A stretch of DNA of 64,000 nt from Candidatus Oxydemutatoraceae bacterium (GCA_965223735.1 OZ245010.1:42018-106017), one strand, 5' to 3'; positions 30,222-42,545 are shown, counted from the stretch's first letter. The notes: a model not told the origin generated them from the sequence alone. Numbers and translations are program-made.

Positions 30222-31651
30222 TGGATAAAACGACACAGGTTGCGGCGCAGTCTGCGGCGCAGTCTGCGGCGCAGTCCGGCGGGTTGATCGGCTGGATAGA
30301 CGCCCGCTTTCCGCTGACCAAGCTTTTCCGGGAACATCTGGCCGAGTATTACGCCCCGAAGAACTTTAACTTCTGGTATTTCTTCGGCTCCCTCGCGTTG
30401 CTGATGCTGGTGTTGCAGATCGTCACCGGCATTTTTCTGACCATGCACTACAAACCGGACGCGCTGAAAGCTTTCGCGTCGGTCGAGTACATCATGCGCG
30501 ACGTTGATTGGGGCTGGTTGATCCGTTATATGCACTCGACCGGCGCTTCGGCCTTTTTCATCGTCATTTATCTGCACATGTTCAGGGCCCTGCTCTACGG
30601 TTCCTACAAGAAGCCGCGCGAGTTGCTGTGGATCATCGGGATGTTTTTGTACCTCGCGCTGATGGCGGAGGCATTCATGGGGTACCTGTTGCCGTGGGGG
30701 CAGATGTCGTACTGGGGGGCACAGGTGATCGTCAACCTGTTCGGGGCGATCCCGTATATCGGTCCGGATCTGGCGCTGTGGATCCGCGGCGACTACGTTA
30801 TTTCAGACGCGACTTTGAACCGCTTCTTTGCCTTTCACGTGATCGCGGTGCCGCTTGTGCTGGTCGCGCTCGCGTTCATTCACATTGTGGCGTTGCACGA
30901 AGTCGGTTCAAACAACCCCGACGGCATCGAGATCAAGGACAACAAAAATAAAAAGGGCATCCCCCAGGACGGCATTCCGTTTCACCCGTATTACACGGTG
31001 AAGGATATTGTCGGCACGGTAGTTTTTCTGTTGCTGTTCTTGGGGGTCATCTTTTATCTGCCCGAGATGGGGGGCTATTTTCTGGAGGCCGCCAATTTCG
31101 TGCCGGCCAATCCGCTGTTGACGCCGGAGCACATTGCGCCGCTTTGGTACTTCACGCCGTTTTATACAATCCTGCGCGCAATTCCCGATCCCTGGTACGG
31201 CGTGCTCGCGATGGGCACGGCGATCGTGATCTTGTTTTTCCTGCCGTGGATCGACAGGAACCTGGTCAAGTCGGTGCGTTACCGCAGCCCTCTGCATAAA
31301 CTGAACCTGTTGATCTTTGCGGGCGTGTTCATCGTGCTCGGTATTCTCGGGGCGATGCCGGTGCGCCCGTTGCTCGCCGAGATGGCGGTGCGTTTCAGCG
31401 AGCTGTACTTCCTGTTTTTCTTCGTTCTGTGGTTTATGAGCCGCGAGCGCAGCAACGCGATGTGCTACGGCGCGTTTGCGTTCTTTATCGGGCTGTTTAC
31501 GCTGTACGATTTTCTGCGCATATCCCCGGACATCTCGTCTCTGGTGACGTGGGGGTGGCTGATTCCCGCGGTTTATCTGGTGATTTTCTTTTTATTGCCG
31601 GTGTTTACGGTGTTGGCCGAGGACCGGCGGGTTCCGGAAAAGATTGCATGA
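30221..31651 (+). CDS. petB: Cytochrome b
   Basis: RYMHSTGAS, LPWGQMSYWG, PLWY (PEWY-equivalent). Confidence 0.97.
   Translation: MDKTTQVAAQSAAQSAAQSGGLIGWIDARFPLTKLFREHLAEYYAPKNFNFWYFFGSLALLMLVLQIVTGIFLTMHYKPDALKAFASVEYIMRDVDWGWLIRYMHSTGASAFFIVIYLHMFRALLYGSYKKPRELLWIIGMFLYLALMAEAFMGYLLPWGQMSYWGAQVIVNLFGAIPYIGPDLALWIRGDYVISDATLNRFFAFHVIAVPLVLVALAFIHIVALHEVGSNNPDGIEIKDNKNKKGIPQDGIPFHPYYTVKDIVGTVVFLLLFLGVIFYLPEMGGYFLEAANFVPANPLLTPEHIAPLWYFTPFYTILRAIPDPWYGVLAMGTAIVILFFLPWIDRNLVKSVRYRSPLHKLNLLIFAGVFIVLGILGAMPVRPLLAEMAVRFSELYFLFFFVLWFMSRERSNAMCYGAFAFFIGLFTLYDFLRISPDISSLVTWGWLIPAVYLVIFFLLPVFTVLAEDRRVPEKIA
30241..30276 (+). repeat. 12-bp tandem repeat x3 (TGCGGCGCAGTC) in petB 5' end
   Basis: Three perfect copies encoding AAQS-AAQS-AAQS. 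Confidence 0.9.
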
Positions 31652-32397
31652 ATTCCGAAGCGAAATATGCGGCGTTGCTGTTGTGTTTGGCGGTTTCGGG
31701 TTCGGTTTTTGCCGCCGGCACGGGTTATCCGATTGAGCCGGTGGACATTTCCCTGTCAAACCGTGCCGCGTTGCAGCGCGGCGCCAAGTACTTTGTGAAT
31801 TATTGTCTCAGTTGTCACAGCGCGGGTTACAGCCGCTACAACCGCGTCGGCGAGGATCTGGGGCTGTCGGAAGACCAGGTCAGGGAAAACCTGATCTTCA
31901 CCCGGCAGAAGATCGGGGAACTGATGACCGTGACCTTCCAGGAGGAGAATGCCCTGCAATGGTTCGGTTCAATACCGCCCGACCTGACTTTGATCGCGCG
32001 CGCGCGGGGGCCGGATTGGCTTTACACCTACCTCAAATCCTTTTATCTTGACGAGACGCGCCCGACGGGCGTGAACAACGCGCTGTTCAACAATGTCTCG
32101 ATGCCGCACGTGCTGTGGGAGCTTCAGGGTTGGCAGAGGCCGGTGTACAAGACGGTGGGCTCCGCCGACGGTTTCGGAAGGCAGGTCATAGAGCGCATGG
32201 AACTGGTCGAGCTGGGGCTGATGTCGGAGCAGGAGTACGACCGGGTGGTGCGCGATCTGGTGACCTTCATGGCTTACCTGGCTGAGCCGATTGCCCTGAA
32301 ACGCAAAACCATGGGTATCTGGGTGCTGTTGTTTTTGATCGTGTTGCTCGGTGTCTCTTACGCCCTGAAGCGTGAGTACTGGAAGGACATACACTGA
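31648..32397 (+). CDS. petC: Cytochrome c1
   Basis: CLSCH haem motif, PPDLTL, C-terminal anchor ending EYWKDIH. Confidence 0.96.
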   Translation: MNSEAKYAALLLCLAVSGSVFAAGTGYPIEPVDISLSNRAALQRGAKYFVNYCLSCHSAGYSRYNRVGEDLGLSEDQVRENLIFTRQKIGELMTVTFQEENALQWFGSIPPDLTLIARARGPDWLYTYLKSFYLDETRPTGVNNALFNNVSMPHVLWELQGWQRPVYKTVGSADGFGRQVIERMELVELGLMSEQEYDRVVRDLVTFMAYLAEPIALKRKTMGIWVLLFLIVLLGVSYALKREYWKDIH

Positions 32398-32419
32398 AAG
32401 CGCGGAGTTTCAACTGGTC

Positions 32420-33067
32420 ATGGAAAGGAGAGACGCCCAGGGGCTGGAAGAACATTCCCCGATGATCCTGTTCTCGGGCGCAACCTGCCTGGACAGCCAT
32501 CGCGTACGTTTCGTGCTCGCGGAAAAGGATGTTTCGTTCAACCTGTTCCCCGTTTCCAATGTCAGAAATCCGCCGGAAGACCTGATCGCGCTCAACCCTC
32601 AGGGTAAGGTGCCGACGCTCGCCGACCGCAACCTGGTGCTTTACGGGGCGCGTATCATCAACGAGTATCTCGATGAGCGGTTTCCGCATCCGCCGCTGAT
32701 GCCGGTTGAGCCCATGCCCCGCGCGCGCCTGCGGCTTGCGCTGCAACATATAGAAGAGCAATGGTATGTGCTTCTCAAGCGCATACTGGGTGGAAGCCAG
32801 AGCACCGCCGACAGGGCGCGCAAGGAGCTCAGGGAGAGCATCCTCTCCCATATCGACATGTTCAATATGAAGCGCTTTTTCATCAGCAACGAGTTCAGTC
32901 TGGTAGATTGCGCGGTGGCGCCGCTGCTGTGGCGCCTTTCGATCGCCGGCATAGAATTGCCGCCGAAGCAGACGCGCGCGATCTCCCGCTATCGCGAGTT
33001 GGTTTTTTCCCGCGCCGGGTTTATCCGCAGTCTCACCAGCGAGGAGCGTCAGATGCACCTCGGTTGA
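32420..33067 (+). CDS. sspA: Stringent starvation protein A (GST fold)
   Basis: SHRVRFVLAEK, IINEYLDERFPHPPLMP; follows petC. Confidence 0.92.
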   Translation: MERRDAQGLEEHSPMILFSGATCLDSHRVRFVLAEKDVSFNLFPVSNVRNPPEDLIALNPQGKVPTLADRNLVLYGARIINEYLDERFPHPPLMPVEPMPRARLRLALQHIEEQWYVLLKRILGGSQSTADRARKELRESILSHIDMFNMKRFFISNEFSLVDCAVAPLLWRLSIAGIELPPKQTRAISRYRELVFSRAGFIRSLTSEERQMHLG

Positions 33068-33087
33068 CCGGGGCGCGCCTGAATTGA

Positions 33088-34473
33088 TCACCCGGGATTT
33101 CCGGGAACGCTTTTATCCGGGTTCAGGATGCCGTGCGGGTCAAACACCCGCATGACGGCGCGCGTGAGTTCGAGCGTATGCCGGGGAATTTCCCGCGCGA
33201 CGTAGTCGCGTTTCGTCAGGCCGATGCCGTGTTCGCCAGACAGGGTGCCGCCGAGGGCGAGCGTTTCGTCGAACACCTCCGACAGACAGCGTTCGGAGGC
33301 TTGTTTCTGCGCCGTGTCGTGCGGGTCGTAGAGTATGTTGACGTGCAGATTGCCGTTGCCGGCGTGGCCGAAGCTCGCGATGGTCAGCCGGTGGCGTGCG
33401 CCGATCCCGTCGAGTTTCCGAATAAAAGCCGCCAGTTGTGACACCGGCACGACAACGTCCTCGTTGATTTTGCCCGCCGCGATATTCCTCAGCGCCGGCG
33501 ACAGGGCTTTGCGTGCTTTCCATAATGCGTCGGCTTCGCGTTCGTCGGCGGCGGCGTCAAAGGAAAGCAGGCCGTCATTGCGCGCCGCCCGTTCGAGCGC
33601 CTGCACGGTCCCGCCGAGTGCATTCGGTTCGCCGTCAGCTTCAATGATCAGCAGTGCGCGGGTTGCGGGATCGAGGCCGGCGTCGGCGTGCTCGTTCACC
33701 AGGCGCACGCTGATCGCGTCCATCAACTCGAGCGCACAGGGAACCGCCGGTTGCCCCATGATCGCGGCCACCGCGTCGGCGGCGTCTTCGACCGAGCGGT
33801 AACAGGCACGCATGGTTTTCTTGCACGCGGGCAGCGGCGTCAGTTTGAGCGTCGCTTCGGTTATCAGGGCCAGTGTTCCCTCGGAACCGATCAGCAGGCG
33901 CGTCAGGTCGAGGCCGACAACGCCTTTGGTGGTTTGCACGCCGGTTACGATGGTCTGTCCGTCGCCGGTGACGGCTTTCAGCCCCAGGGTGTTTTCCCTC
34001 GCGGTGCCGTATTTGACGGCTCTTGGCCCCGCCGCGTTGCACGCGAGGTTGCCTCCGAGCGTCGAGTAGTCGGCGCTGCCCGGATCGGGAGGCCAGAAGA
34101 AGCCGCAGGGCCTGCACGAGTCCTGTATCGCGCGGTTGGTCGCACCGGCCCGGGAGCGCAGCGTGCGGTTGGCGGCGTCGAGTTCGAGGATGTCGGTCAT
34201 GTGCTCAAATGAGATCACGACGCCGCCGCGTATCGGCACCGCAGCGCCGGTGGTGCCGGTGCCGCGCCCGCGCGCGGTCACGGGCACGCGGTGATCACGG
34301 CACGTGCAGACCGCCGCGACAACCTGTTCGTGATCGCGCGCAAAGATCACGGCTTCGGGCGCCGCGTGCAGGCGGCTGTTGTCGTAACCGTAGGGCCAGC
34401 AGTCGGCCGGTTGCGTCAGGATCTCGGCATCCGTGGATTTTCGGAGGTGGCTGATGAAGCCTTGGTCGAGCAC
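33088..34473 (-). CDS. FAD-linked oxidase, GlcD-like
   Basis: RGRGTGTTG, PPDPGS, GSEGTL, GHAGNGNLH, SGEHGIG. Confidence 0.9.
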   Translation of the reverse strand: MLDQGFISHLRKSTDAEILTQPADCWPYGYDNSRLHAAPEAVIFARDHEQVVAAVCTCRDHRVPVTARGRGTGTTGAAVPIRGGVVISFEHMTDILELDAANRTLRSRAGATNRAIQDSCRPCGFFWPPDPGSADYSTLGGNLACNAAGPRAVKYGTARENTLGLKAVTGDGQTIVTGVQTTKGVVGLDLTRLLIGSEGTLALITEATLKLTPLPACKKTMRACYRSVEDAADAVAAIMGQPAVPCALELMDAISVRLVNEHADAGLDPATRALLIIEADGEPNALGGTVQALERAARNDGLLSFDAAADEREADALWKARKALSPALRNIAAGKINEDVVVPVSQLAAFIRKLDGIGARHRLTIASFGHAGNGNLHVNILYDPHDTAQKQASERCLSEVFDETLALGGTLSGEHGIGLTKRDYVAREIPRHTLELTRAVMRVFDPHGILNPDKSVPGNPG

Positions 34474-34486
34474 GAAGCGGTCCGGG

Positions 34487-35480
<994 letters not shown>

Positions 35481-35486
35481 CCCGGT

Positions 35487-37328
35487 TTACAGCACCTCGA
35501 GCGGCACCGGTTTGCCCCGCGAGAACTGTGCCCACAGGAGTTTCCGGAACAGCCGCCGGCCGGCCCCGATGGATATTTCCCCGGTCTGTCCGTCGAGAGC
35601 GAAGCGCGCGACTTCCATGTGCCTGAACCGCTTGACCAGGCGCTGGGCGTCGCTGCCGAGCGCAAACAGGCGTGTGTACTCGTCGGCCTTCTCGCCGGTG
35701 AATGTTTCGCGCCGGATGATGGCGGGAATATCGCAATAGATCAGCCCGTCGAGATCGCGCCCCCTTTTGAACGTGCCCGGGTTATAGACGTGGGAGGTCG
35801 CGTAGGTCGGCAATTTGTTCACGTAGTGAAACTTCATCTGCGGGAAAATCATCACCGAACGGCGATGGTCGGCGAACAGCATTGCGGCGCTGATATCATC
35901 CCGGATATGCGGTTTGAACCGCGGCTTTTTGCCCAGCGCGACCGAAACGAGGCGGTGGCGTTCGCGGCTACGGTCGAGTTGAAACAGCGACTCGATGACG
36001 GCTGTATAATCGACGAAACTCGGGTCGTAGCGGCTGAGTGCCTGAATCTTGCCGCCGAGCGAAGTGTATTCGCTTTCAAACGCGCGGTAAAGCCGTTCGC
36101 CCCAATCGTCGGCGGGCGCCAGAACCGCGATGAATTCGTGTCCGTCGCTCCAGATCTTGTGTGCCGCCTGCACCGCCTCGTTTTCAGGCAGCAGGCCGAA
36201 CTGGAACAGGTTGCTTTTGCCCGTGCGGGCGTCGGTGGTCGTGTAATTCAGGCTGATGGTCGGCACGCTGATGCTGTTGTTTGCCAGCAGTGCGTCAATT
36301 TCGGGTTTCAGCAAAGGGCCGATCACCAGGTCAGCGTTGCCGTCCGCGACCGCCTTTGCATAAATGCTCGCGATGTCGGCTGACTGATCGGTATTGTGAA
36401 CGGTGACGGTGAAGTTCGGCGTTGTGGCGCGCTCGTATGATTCAAAAAAGCCGTTTTTTATCGCCTTGCCGGCTTTTGCATAACTACCTGTCAGCGGCAA
36501 CAGCAGCGCGACCTCTTTCGGGCGGTAGTCAAGGTATTGCCAGCGCGCGCGCATGTCTTCGATGATGGAATCCGGCAGCGGCCAGCGGCGGTTTCTTCTC
36601 TGCCACTTGGCGTAGCTTTGTTCGAGTTCGTCGCGGTTGATTTCCAGCGGCGTCGCCAGCGCCACAAGTTCCAGCCACGGGCGCACCTTGGCGTCGGGTT
36701 TGGCCAGCAGCGCCTCTTTGACCTGCCACGGGTCGAGATACAGCAACGCGCGCCACAGCGCGGTGATGTTCGCCGGGCGCTGTTCCTTGTCGAACAGTTT
36801 GTGCAGTTCAAGGTGTAGTTCTATACCGCGTACGAACTCGTCGCTCAGCATCAGCGCGTCCGACGACAATTCTAGCGCGGCTATTCTGGTCGGTTTATCG
36901 CCCTGTTTTACGAGTTCCTCAGGCAGCGCCCGGAGAATTCTTTCGGGCTGATCGGTCTGTCGGTAGAACCGGGCTTCTGCAACGCGCTTTTTGAGCAGCA
37001 GGGCATCGTCGATTTCCTGCTCCGATATTTGCAGGAGATAGCGGTAGGCGTTCAAGGGGTGGCTCGTGTCGAGCAGGATGTTCGCCGCGCGCACCTGCAT
37101 ACTCTGGCGGTAGGGGGGCGGCAGCTTGGGGGCGACCTTCCACAGATGCCTTGCCGCCGCGACCGCATTGTCTTCGAGCAGCATTGTGTCGGCCTTTTTG
37201 TAGGCGCTTTCCATGCGCGCGCGCTGCAGCAGGTCGATCGGGTCAAACAGTTTGCCGCTGCAACCGACTGCGAGCAGCGACAACAGAATCACCGTCAGGG
37301 CGTTTTTCAGCGGCACGGGTAAGCGCAT
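35487..37328 (-). CDS. lpoA: Penicillin-binding protein activator LpoA (LppC family lipoprotein)
   Basis: Lipobox LAVGC, ALLLPLTG, IGPLLK, QFGL.PE.EA; divergent from rsmI. Confidence 0.88.
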   Translation of the reverse strand: MRLPVPLKNALTVILLSLLAVGCSGKLFDPIDLLQRARMESAYKKADTMLLEDNAVAAARHLWKVAPKLPPPYRQSMQVRAANILLDTSHPLNAYRYLLQISEQEIDDALLLKKRVAEARFYRQTDQPERILRALPEELVKQGDKPTRIAALELSSDALMLSDEFVRGIELHLELHKLFDKEQRPANITALWRALLYLDPWQVKEALLAKPDAKVRPWLELVALATPLEINRDELEQSYAKWQRRNRRWPLPDSIIEDMRARWQYLDYRPKEVALLLPLTGSYAKAGKAIKNGFFESYERATTPNFTVTVHNTDQSADIASIYAKAVADGNADLVIGPLLKPEIDALLANNSISVPTISLNYTTTDARTGKSNLFQFGLLPENEAVQAAHKIWSDGHEFIAVLAPADDWGERLYRAFESEYTSLGGKIQALSRYDPSFVDYTAVIESLFQLDRSRERHRLVSVALGKKPRFKPHIRDDISAAMLFADHRRSVMIFPQMKFHYVNKLPTYATSHVYNPGTFKRGRDLDGLIYCDIPAIIRRETFTGEKADEYTRLFALGSDAQRLVKRFRHMEVARFALDGQTGEISIGAGRRLFRKLLWAQFSRGKPVPLEVL

Positions 37329-37383
37329 CGGGGTATAAAGTATAAAATGCAGTACGCGGGTAACAAGCCGTCAATTATATCCC

Positions 37384-38241
37384 ATGACCGTGACTTCTCA
37401 GGGCAGATTATTCGTTGTCGCAACGCCTATAGGCAATCTCGACGACCTCGGCGCACGCGCGCTTGAGGTGCTGCGTGATGCCGACGTCGTGTTGTGCGAG
37501 GACACGCGCGTCAGCAGGCGGCTGTTTGACCGTCACGGCATCGCCGCCCGTACTCTCAGTCTGCACGAGCACAACGAGAAGCGCCGGCGCGGGGAATGTC
37601 TGCGAAAACTGCGGGAGGGTTATACGGTCGCCCTGATCAGCGACGCGGGAACGCCGGCGATCAGTGATCCGGGGCGGTGGCTGGTCGCGGCCGTGCACGA
37701 AGCCGGCATTGAAGTGATCTCGGTGCCCGGGCCGAACGCCGCGGTTGCGGCCCTGGCCGGCGCCGGCATCGACGCCGACCGGTTCATCTTTGAAGGTTTT
37801 TTGCCGTCGCGCCGCAACGTGCGGCGTACCCGTCTGGAAGAGTTGAAAGGCGAGTCGCACACCATGGTGTTTTATGAAGCGCCGCATCGCATCACGGCGA
37901 TGCTGGAAGACCTTGCGTCGGTTTTTGGAGTGCGGCGTCGCGCCTGTCTTTGCAAGGAGTTGACCAAAGCGCACGAGCGATTCGTATGCGATTCCTTGGG
38001 TGGCGTGCGGGAGTGGCTTGAAGGCGACGCAAAACGGCGCAAGGGGGAGTTCGTCGTGGTGGTCGCGGGGGCGCCGCAGGAGGAACGTCGGGACGAGTTG
38101 ACAGTCGCTCCGCTGGATTTGCTTGCGGTGCTGACCGGGCATCTGCCGGCGCGCACCGCGGCGGGGATCGTCGCGGAACTGGGCGGCGGCAGGCGCAATC
38201 AGCTGTATCGGGCGGCGATGAAGAAGACCGGCAAGCGTTGA
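37384..38241 (+). CDS. rsmI: 16S rRNA C1402 2'-O-methyltransferase
   Basis: VATPIGNL, CEDTR, SDAGTPAISDPG. Confidence 0.95.
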   Translation: MTVTSQGRLFVVATPIGNLDDLGARALEVLRDADVVLCEDTRVSRRLFDRHGIAARTLSLHEHNEKRRRGECLRKLREGYTVALISDAGTPAISDPGRWLVAAVHEAGIEVISVPGPNAAVAALAGAGIDADRFIFEGFLPSRRNVRRTRLEELKGESHTMVFYEAPHRITAMLEDLASVFGVRRRACLCKELTKAHERFVCDSLGGVREWLEGDAKRRKGEFVVVVAGAPQEERRDELTVAPLDLLAVLTGHLPARTAAGIVAELGGGRRNQLYRAAMKKTGKR

Positions 38242-38266
38242 GCGCGCCGGTGTCGAAGCCCCGCCG

Positions 38267-38815
38267 TCAGCGCCACTTGATCGAACAGCCGACGCTGGGG
38301 TTTTGCCGCGTCGGCGCCTCGCCGGTTGCAGCAACGGTTTTCATCGCTTCAAACAGTTCTCTGGGCGCATCGGGCCTGCTTTCCATGCCGCTGTCGTCGA
38401 GACGTCCGCGGTATCGCAACGCCAGATTCTTGTCGTAGCCGAAAAAGTCGGGTGTGCAGACGGCGCCATAGGCTTTCGCCGTCTCCTGGGTTTCATCAAA
38501 CAGGTACGGGAAAGGGTAATTGAACTGTTCGGCCGTCTTTTTCATGTTCTCGAAAGAGTCTTCGGGGTAGTCGGAGGGGTCGTTGGACATGACGGCGACG
38601 CAGCGGATGCCATACCCGTCGAGGTCGGTTGTGTCGCGGATGATCTTGTGCCGCACCGCCTTGACGTAGGGACAGTGATTGCAGATGAACATCACCAGCG
38701 TGCCTTTTTCGCCCCGGCAGTCGGCGAGCGTGTAGTTGCGCCCGTCCGTCGCGGGCAATCTGAAATCGGGCGCCAGTTGTCCGATCTGAATGTCAGGAGT
38801 CAGGGTTTTCGACAT
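38267..38815 (-). CDS. Thioredoxin-family (AhpC/TSA-like) protein
   Basis: FICNHCPYV, GAVCTPDFF, GCSIKW. Confidence 0.9.
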   Translation of the reverse strand: MSKTLTPDIQIGQLAPDFRLPATDGRNYTLADCRGEKGTLVMFICNHCPYVKAVRHKIIRDTTDLDGYGIRCVAVMSNDPSDYPEDSFENMKKTAEQFNYPFPYLFDETQETAKAYGAVCTPDFFGYDKNLALRYRGRLDDSGMESRPDAPRELFEAMKTVAATGEAPTRQNPSVGCSIKWR

Positions 38816-38906
38816 GGCGTTATCATAATATATAATTTGTGTTTGATGGTTTGCTCTGGCTCAGTCGGTCTCCGGCTGCGGTTCCTGCGTTTTCAGTAAT
38901 ATACGG

Positions 38907-40064
38907 ATGAAGGACACTTTTGTATTTACTTCCGAATCGGTTTCGGAGGGACACCCGGATAAGGTCTGTGATCAGATATCCGACGCCGTTCTGGACGCGA
39001 TCATCGCCGAAGACCGGGACGCGCGCGTCGCCTGCGAGACCTTGATCAAGGACAACACGGTGGTGCTGGGTGGCGAGATCACTTCGCGCACGCACGTTGA
39101 TTACGACGACCTCGTCAGGTGCACTTTGCGCGGGATCGGTTATACCGATGCCGCGCTTGGGTGTTGCGCCGATACCTGCAAGATCGAAAACCTGCTGGGC
39201 AGGCAGTCGCGCGACATCGCGCAGGGGGTTGATCGCGGCGAGCGCGGCGAGCAGGGCGCGGGCGATCAGGGGCTGATGTTCGGTTATGCGACGGATGAGA
39301 CCGACCACCTGATGCCCGCGCCGATAGATTACGCGCATCGCTTGGTCAGGAAGCAGGCCGAGCTCAGAAAGCGCGGCGAGATCGCCTGGTTGCGCCCCGA
39401 CGCGAAAAGCCAGCTCACTTTGCGTTATGAGGATGGTCGCCCGGCGATGATCAACACGGTCGTGCTTTCGACTCAGCACGACGCGGGGGTGAAGCCCGCG
39501 GAGATTGAAGCCGCGGTCGTGGAGATGATCATCAAGCCGGTGCTGCCGCTCGAGTGGTTTACGTCCAAGACGAAGTGCCTGGTCAATCCGACCGGCGCGT
39601 TTGAGATCGGCGGGCCTGCCGGCGACTGCGGTCTCACCGGGCGCAAGATCATCGTTGACACTTATGGCGGCATGGCGCGTCACGGCGGCGGCGCTTTTTC
39701 GGGTAAAGACCCGTCAAAAGTCGATCGTTCGGCGGCCTACGCCGCGCGCTATATTGCGAAAAACGTCGTCGCGGCGGGGCTCGCTTCAAAGTGCGAGATC
39801 CAGTTGTCGTACGCCATCGGCGTCCCCGAACCGACTTCAGTCAACGTCGAGACTTTTGGTACCGGTCGCGGCGGGGTGTCCGACGAGCGTATCGGCGAAT
39901 GTGTTCGTCGGCATTTTGATCTGAGGCCATGGGGTATTATCGAGATGCTCGACCTGCTCAGGCCGATCTATTTTGACACCGCCGTTTACGGACACTTCGG
40001 CCGCGACGGATTTCCATGGGAACTATGTGATAGAGTGGACGCTTTAACGGCGGAGCTCAGGTAA
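38907..40064 (+). CDS. metK: S-adenosylmethionine synthetase
   Basis: [28 protein letters not shown]. Confidence 0.97.
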   Translation: MKDTFVFTSESVSEGHPDKVCDQISDAVLDAIIAEDRDARVACETLIKDNTVVLGGEITSRTHVDYDDLVRCTLRGIGYTDAALGCCADTCKIENLLGRQSRDIAQGVDRGERGEQGAGDQGLMFGYATDETDHLMPAPIDYAHRLVRKQAELRKRGEIAWLRPDAKSQLTLRYEDGRPAMINTVVLSTQHDAGVKPAEIEAAVVEMIIKPVLPLEWFTSKTKCLVNPTGAFEIGGPAGDCGLTGRKIIVDTYGGMARHGGGAFSGKDPSKVDRSAAYAARYIAKNVVAAGLASKCEIQLSYAIGVPEPTSVNVETFGTGRGGVSDERIGECVRRHFDLRPWGIIEMLDLLRPIYFDTAVYGHFGRDGFPWELCDRVDALTAELR

Positions 40065-41374
40065 TGGGTCGGCCGGCATCCAGATTGCACGAAGATTACA
40101 AAGTGGCCGATATCGGGCTTGCCGACTGGGGGCGCAGGGAAATCGCGATCGCCGAAACTGAAATGCCGGGCCTGATGGCCCTGCGCGAGCGGTATCGGAG
40201 CGAGAAGCCGCTCGAGGGGGCGCGCATCGCCGGCTGTCTGCACATGACGGTGCAGACCGCGGTGCTGATCGAAACCCTGCTGGCGCTTGGCGCCGAGGTG
40301 CGCTGGTCGTCGTGCAACATTTTTTCAACGCAGGATCACGCGGCGGCGGCGATGGCCGCGTGCGGTGTTCCGGTATTTGCATGGAAGGGCGAGAGCGAGA
40401 GCGAATACTGGTGGTGCATCGACCGGACGATCCACGGCGAAGACGGATGGTGCCCGAATATGCTCCTCGACGACGGCGGCGACCTGACCAAGGTGATGCA
40501 CGACAGTTACCCGGAACTGCTCGCGCAGGTCAAGGGCGTGTCTGAGGAAACCACGACCGGCGTACAGCGTCTGAACGAGATGTTCCGCAGGGGCGAACTC
40601 GAGACTGTCGCCTTTAACGTCAACGACTCGGTGACGAAATCCAAATTTGACAATATTTACGGATGCCGCGAATCGCTGCTCGACGGCATCAAACGCGCGA
40701 CCGACGTGATGATTGCAGGCAAGACCGCGGTCGTTTGCGGCTACGGTGGCGTTGGGAAAGGGTGCACCCAGTCGCTGCGCGGTCAGGGTTGCATCGTGTG
40801 GGTTACGGAAATAGATCCGATCTGTGCGCTACAAGCGGCGATGGAGGGATACCGCGTTGTAACGATGGGGTATGCCGCCGACAAAGCCGACATTTTTGTC
40901 ACCGCGACCGGCAACTTGCACGTGATCACGCGCGCTCACATGGAGCGCATGAAGGATCAGGCGATCGTCTGCAATATCGGTCATTTTGACAACGAGATAG
41001 ACGTCGCGAGCCTCGACGATTGCGACAGGGAGAACATCAAGCCGCAAGTGGATCACATTATTTTTCCGCACGGCAGGCGCATTATTCTGCTCGCCGAAGG
41101 CAGGCTGGTAAATCTCGGTTGCGCGACCGGGCATCCGAGTTTCGTCATGTCAAACTCCTTCACCAATCAGGTGCTGGCTCAGATCGAGTTGTGGAGGAAT
41201 AACGGAAAATATCAGGTCGGGGTGTATGTATTGCCGAAGCATCTCGACGAGGAAGTCGCGCGTTTGCATCTTGACAAGGTGGGTGCGCAGTTGACTGAGT
41301 TGACCGAAGAGCAGGCGCGTTACATCGGGGTTGAAGCCGGGGGGCCGTACAAGCCGGAAGAGTATCGTTATTGA
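40064..41374 (+). CDS. ahcY: Adenosylhomocysteinase
   Basis: [29 protein letters not shown]. Confidence 0.97.
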   Translation: MGRPASRLHEDYKVADIGLADWGRREIAIAETEMPGLMALRERYRSEKPLEGARIAGCLHMTVQTAVLIETLLALGAEVRWSSCNIFSTQDHAAAAMAACGVPVFAWKGESESEYWWCIDRTIHGEDGWCPNMLLDDGGDLTKVMHDSYPELLAQVKGVSEETTTGVQRLNEMFRRGELETVAFNVNDSVTKSKFDNIYGCRESLLDGIKRATDVMIAGKTAVVCGYGGVGKGCTQSLRGQGCIVWVTEIDPICALQAAMEGYRVVTMGYAADKADIFVTATGNLHVITRAHMERMKDQAIVCNIGHFDNEIDVASLDDCDRENIKPQVDHIIFPHGRRIILLAEGRLVNLGCATGHPSFVMSNSFTNQVLAQIELWRNNGKYQVGVYVLPKHLDEEVARLHLDKVGAQLTELTEEQARYIGVEAGGPYKPEEYRY

Positions 41375-41493
41375 GTCGCCGTGTCGGGACGCGGGCCGGA
41401 GGCGCTGGCGGATGGCGCAGGGAATGAAACCGTGATCAGCGGTTACATGGCGTCGCCGGCAAAGTCGGGGGCATCGGCGGTTGGTGCAGGTGA

Positions 41494-42231
41494 ATGAAGG
41501 AGCCGCGTATCCATTGCGATTGTTCCCTGGCCGCGGGTGAGTGGGTTGACCTGTGCGACGAGCGCCATCATTATCTGGCCAACGTTCTCAGGCTTGCGGT
41601 CAACAGCCCGGTCAGGTTGTTCAACGGCGACGCCGAGTTCTTGTGCCGGGTTCTGTCGGTCGGGCGCCATGTCAGCCGCATCGTGTGTGAGCGGGCAGTC
41701 ACGCCGTTGCCGGTGTCGCGTTTACAGGCGACGCTTTACGTTTCTCTGGCGAAAGGGCGGAGCATGGATCTCACGATGCAGAAAGCGACGGAACTCGGGG
41801 TCATGTCAGTGCAGCCGGTGCTCGCGGCGCGTTCGGTCAGGATGAGCGAGTCGTGGAAATACAAACTGCAACATTGGCGGGGCATCGCCCGCAGCGCCTG
41901 CGAGCAGTGCGGCCGCGCCGATCTGCCGCAGATCGGCGAGCCGGTGCTGCTCGAACGGATTGAAGTGCCGCGAGGCGTCGTCGCGTTCGTGCTCGATCCG
42001 GACAGCGGGCACAGTCTGGCGACGGCGGCCCGTGCCGTGCCGGATGCGCGCGTCGCGGCGCTGATCGGGCCCGAAGGCGGCCTGACCGATGAAGAGGTCG
42101 GCGTCGCCCGCGACAAGGGGTTCCTGCCGGTGTCTCTGGGGCCGCGCCTGCTGCGGGTTGAAACCGCCGTCACCGCCGCACTCAGTGTGTTGCAGACTTT
42201 TCTCGGCGACTTCCTCGACGAAGATTCGTGA
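41494..42231 (+). CDS. rsmE: 16S rRNA m3U1498 methyltransferase
   Basis: QKATELGV, ACEQCGR, IGPEGG, LGPRLLRVETA. Confidence 0.94.
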   Translation: MKEPRIHCDCSLAAGEWVDLCDERHHYLANVLRLAVNSPVRLFNGDAEFLCRVLSVGRHVSRIVCERAVTPLPVSRLQATLYVSLAKGRSMDLTMQKATELGVMSVQPVLAARSVRMSESWKYKLQHWRGIARSACEQCGRADLPQIGEPVLLERIEVPRGVVAFVLDPDSGHSLATAARAVPDARVAALIGPEGGLTDEEVGVARDKGFLPVSLGPRLLRVETAVTAALSVLQTFLGDFLDEDS

Positions 42232-42269
42232 TGACGAAGATGTCCGTCCGGACGGACAGATGATCCATT

Positions 42270-42545
42270 CGCATGGTTCACGGCGACGGTGGTGAAGGCG
42301 CCGCCGTATGATGCGGAACAGAGAAGTCATGCCTGCGGGCATACGGCAGGAGACAGCCGCGGGGCGCAAAGCGGCCTTTGCCGTGTCCGATGCGGTGATC
42401 GGGACAATGCGGAGATGGATGCGGCGCGGAATATCTCGGCCTTCAGGAATGAGATTGCCGCGGGTGGCGGCGGCGACACCGGGGCCGGCGCAACGTGAAA
42501 TACGTGTGCGTCTCCTCTGTGGGGGATCAGGCATATAGCGCCTGC
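42270..42545 (+). pseudogene. tnpB: Heavily decayed tnpB 3' remnant of the same element family
   Basis: ggcgacggtggtgaagg shared with the 6857 copy; translates VVKAPP..HACGH..VRCGDRDNAEMDAARNISAF; boundaries approximate. Confidence 0.7.

Noticed and set aside
38242-38266. rnpB, often found after rsmI
   Set aside because: No room for it and no RNase P conserved motif
38816-38906. SAM or SAH riboswitch upstream of metK-ahcY
   Set aside because: Short divergent intergenic region with no recognisable aptamer motif
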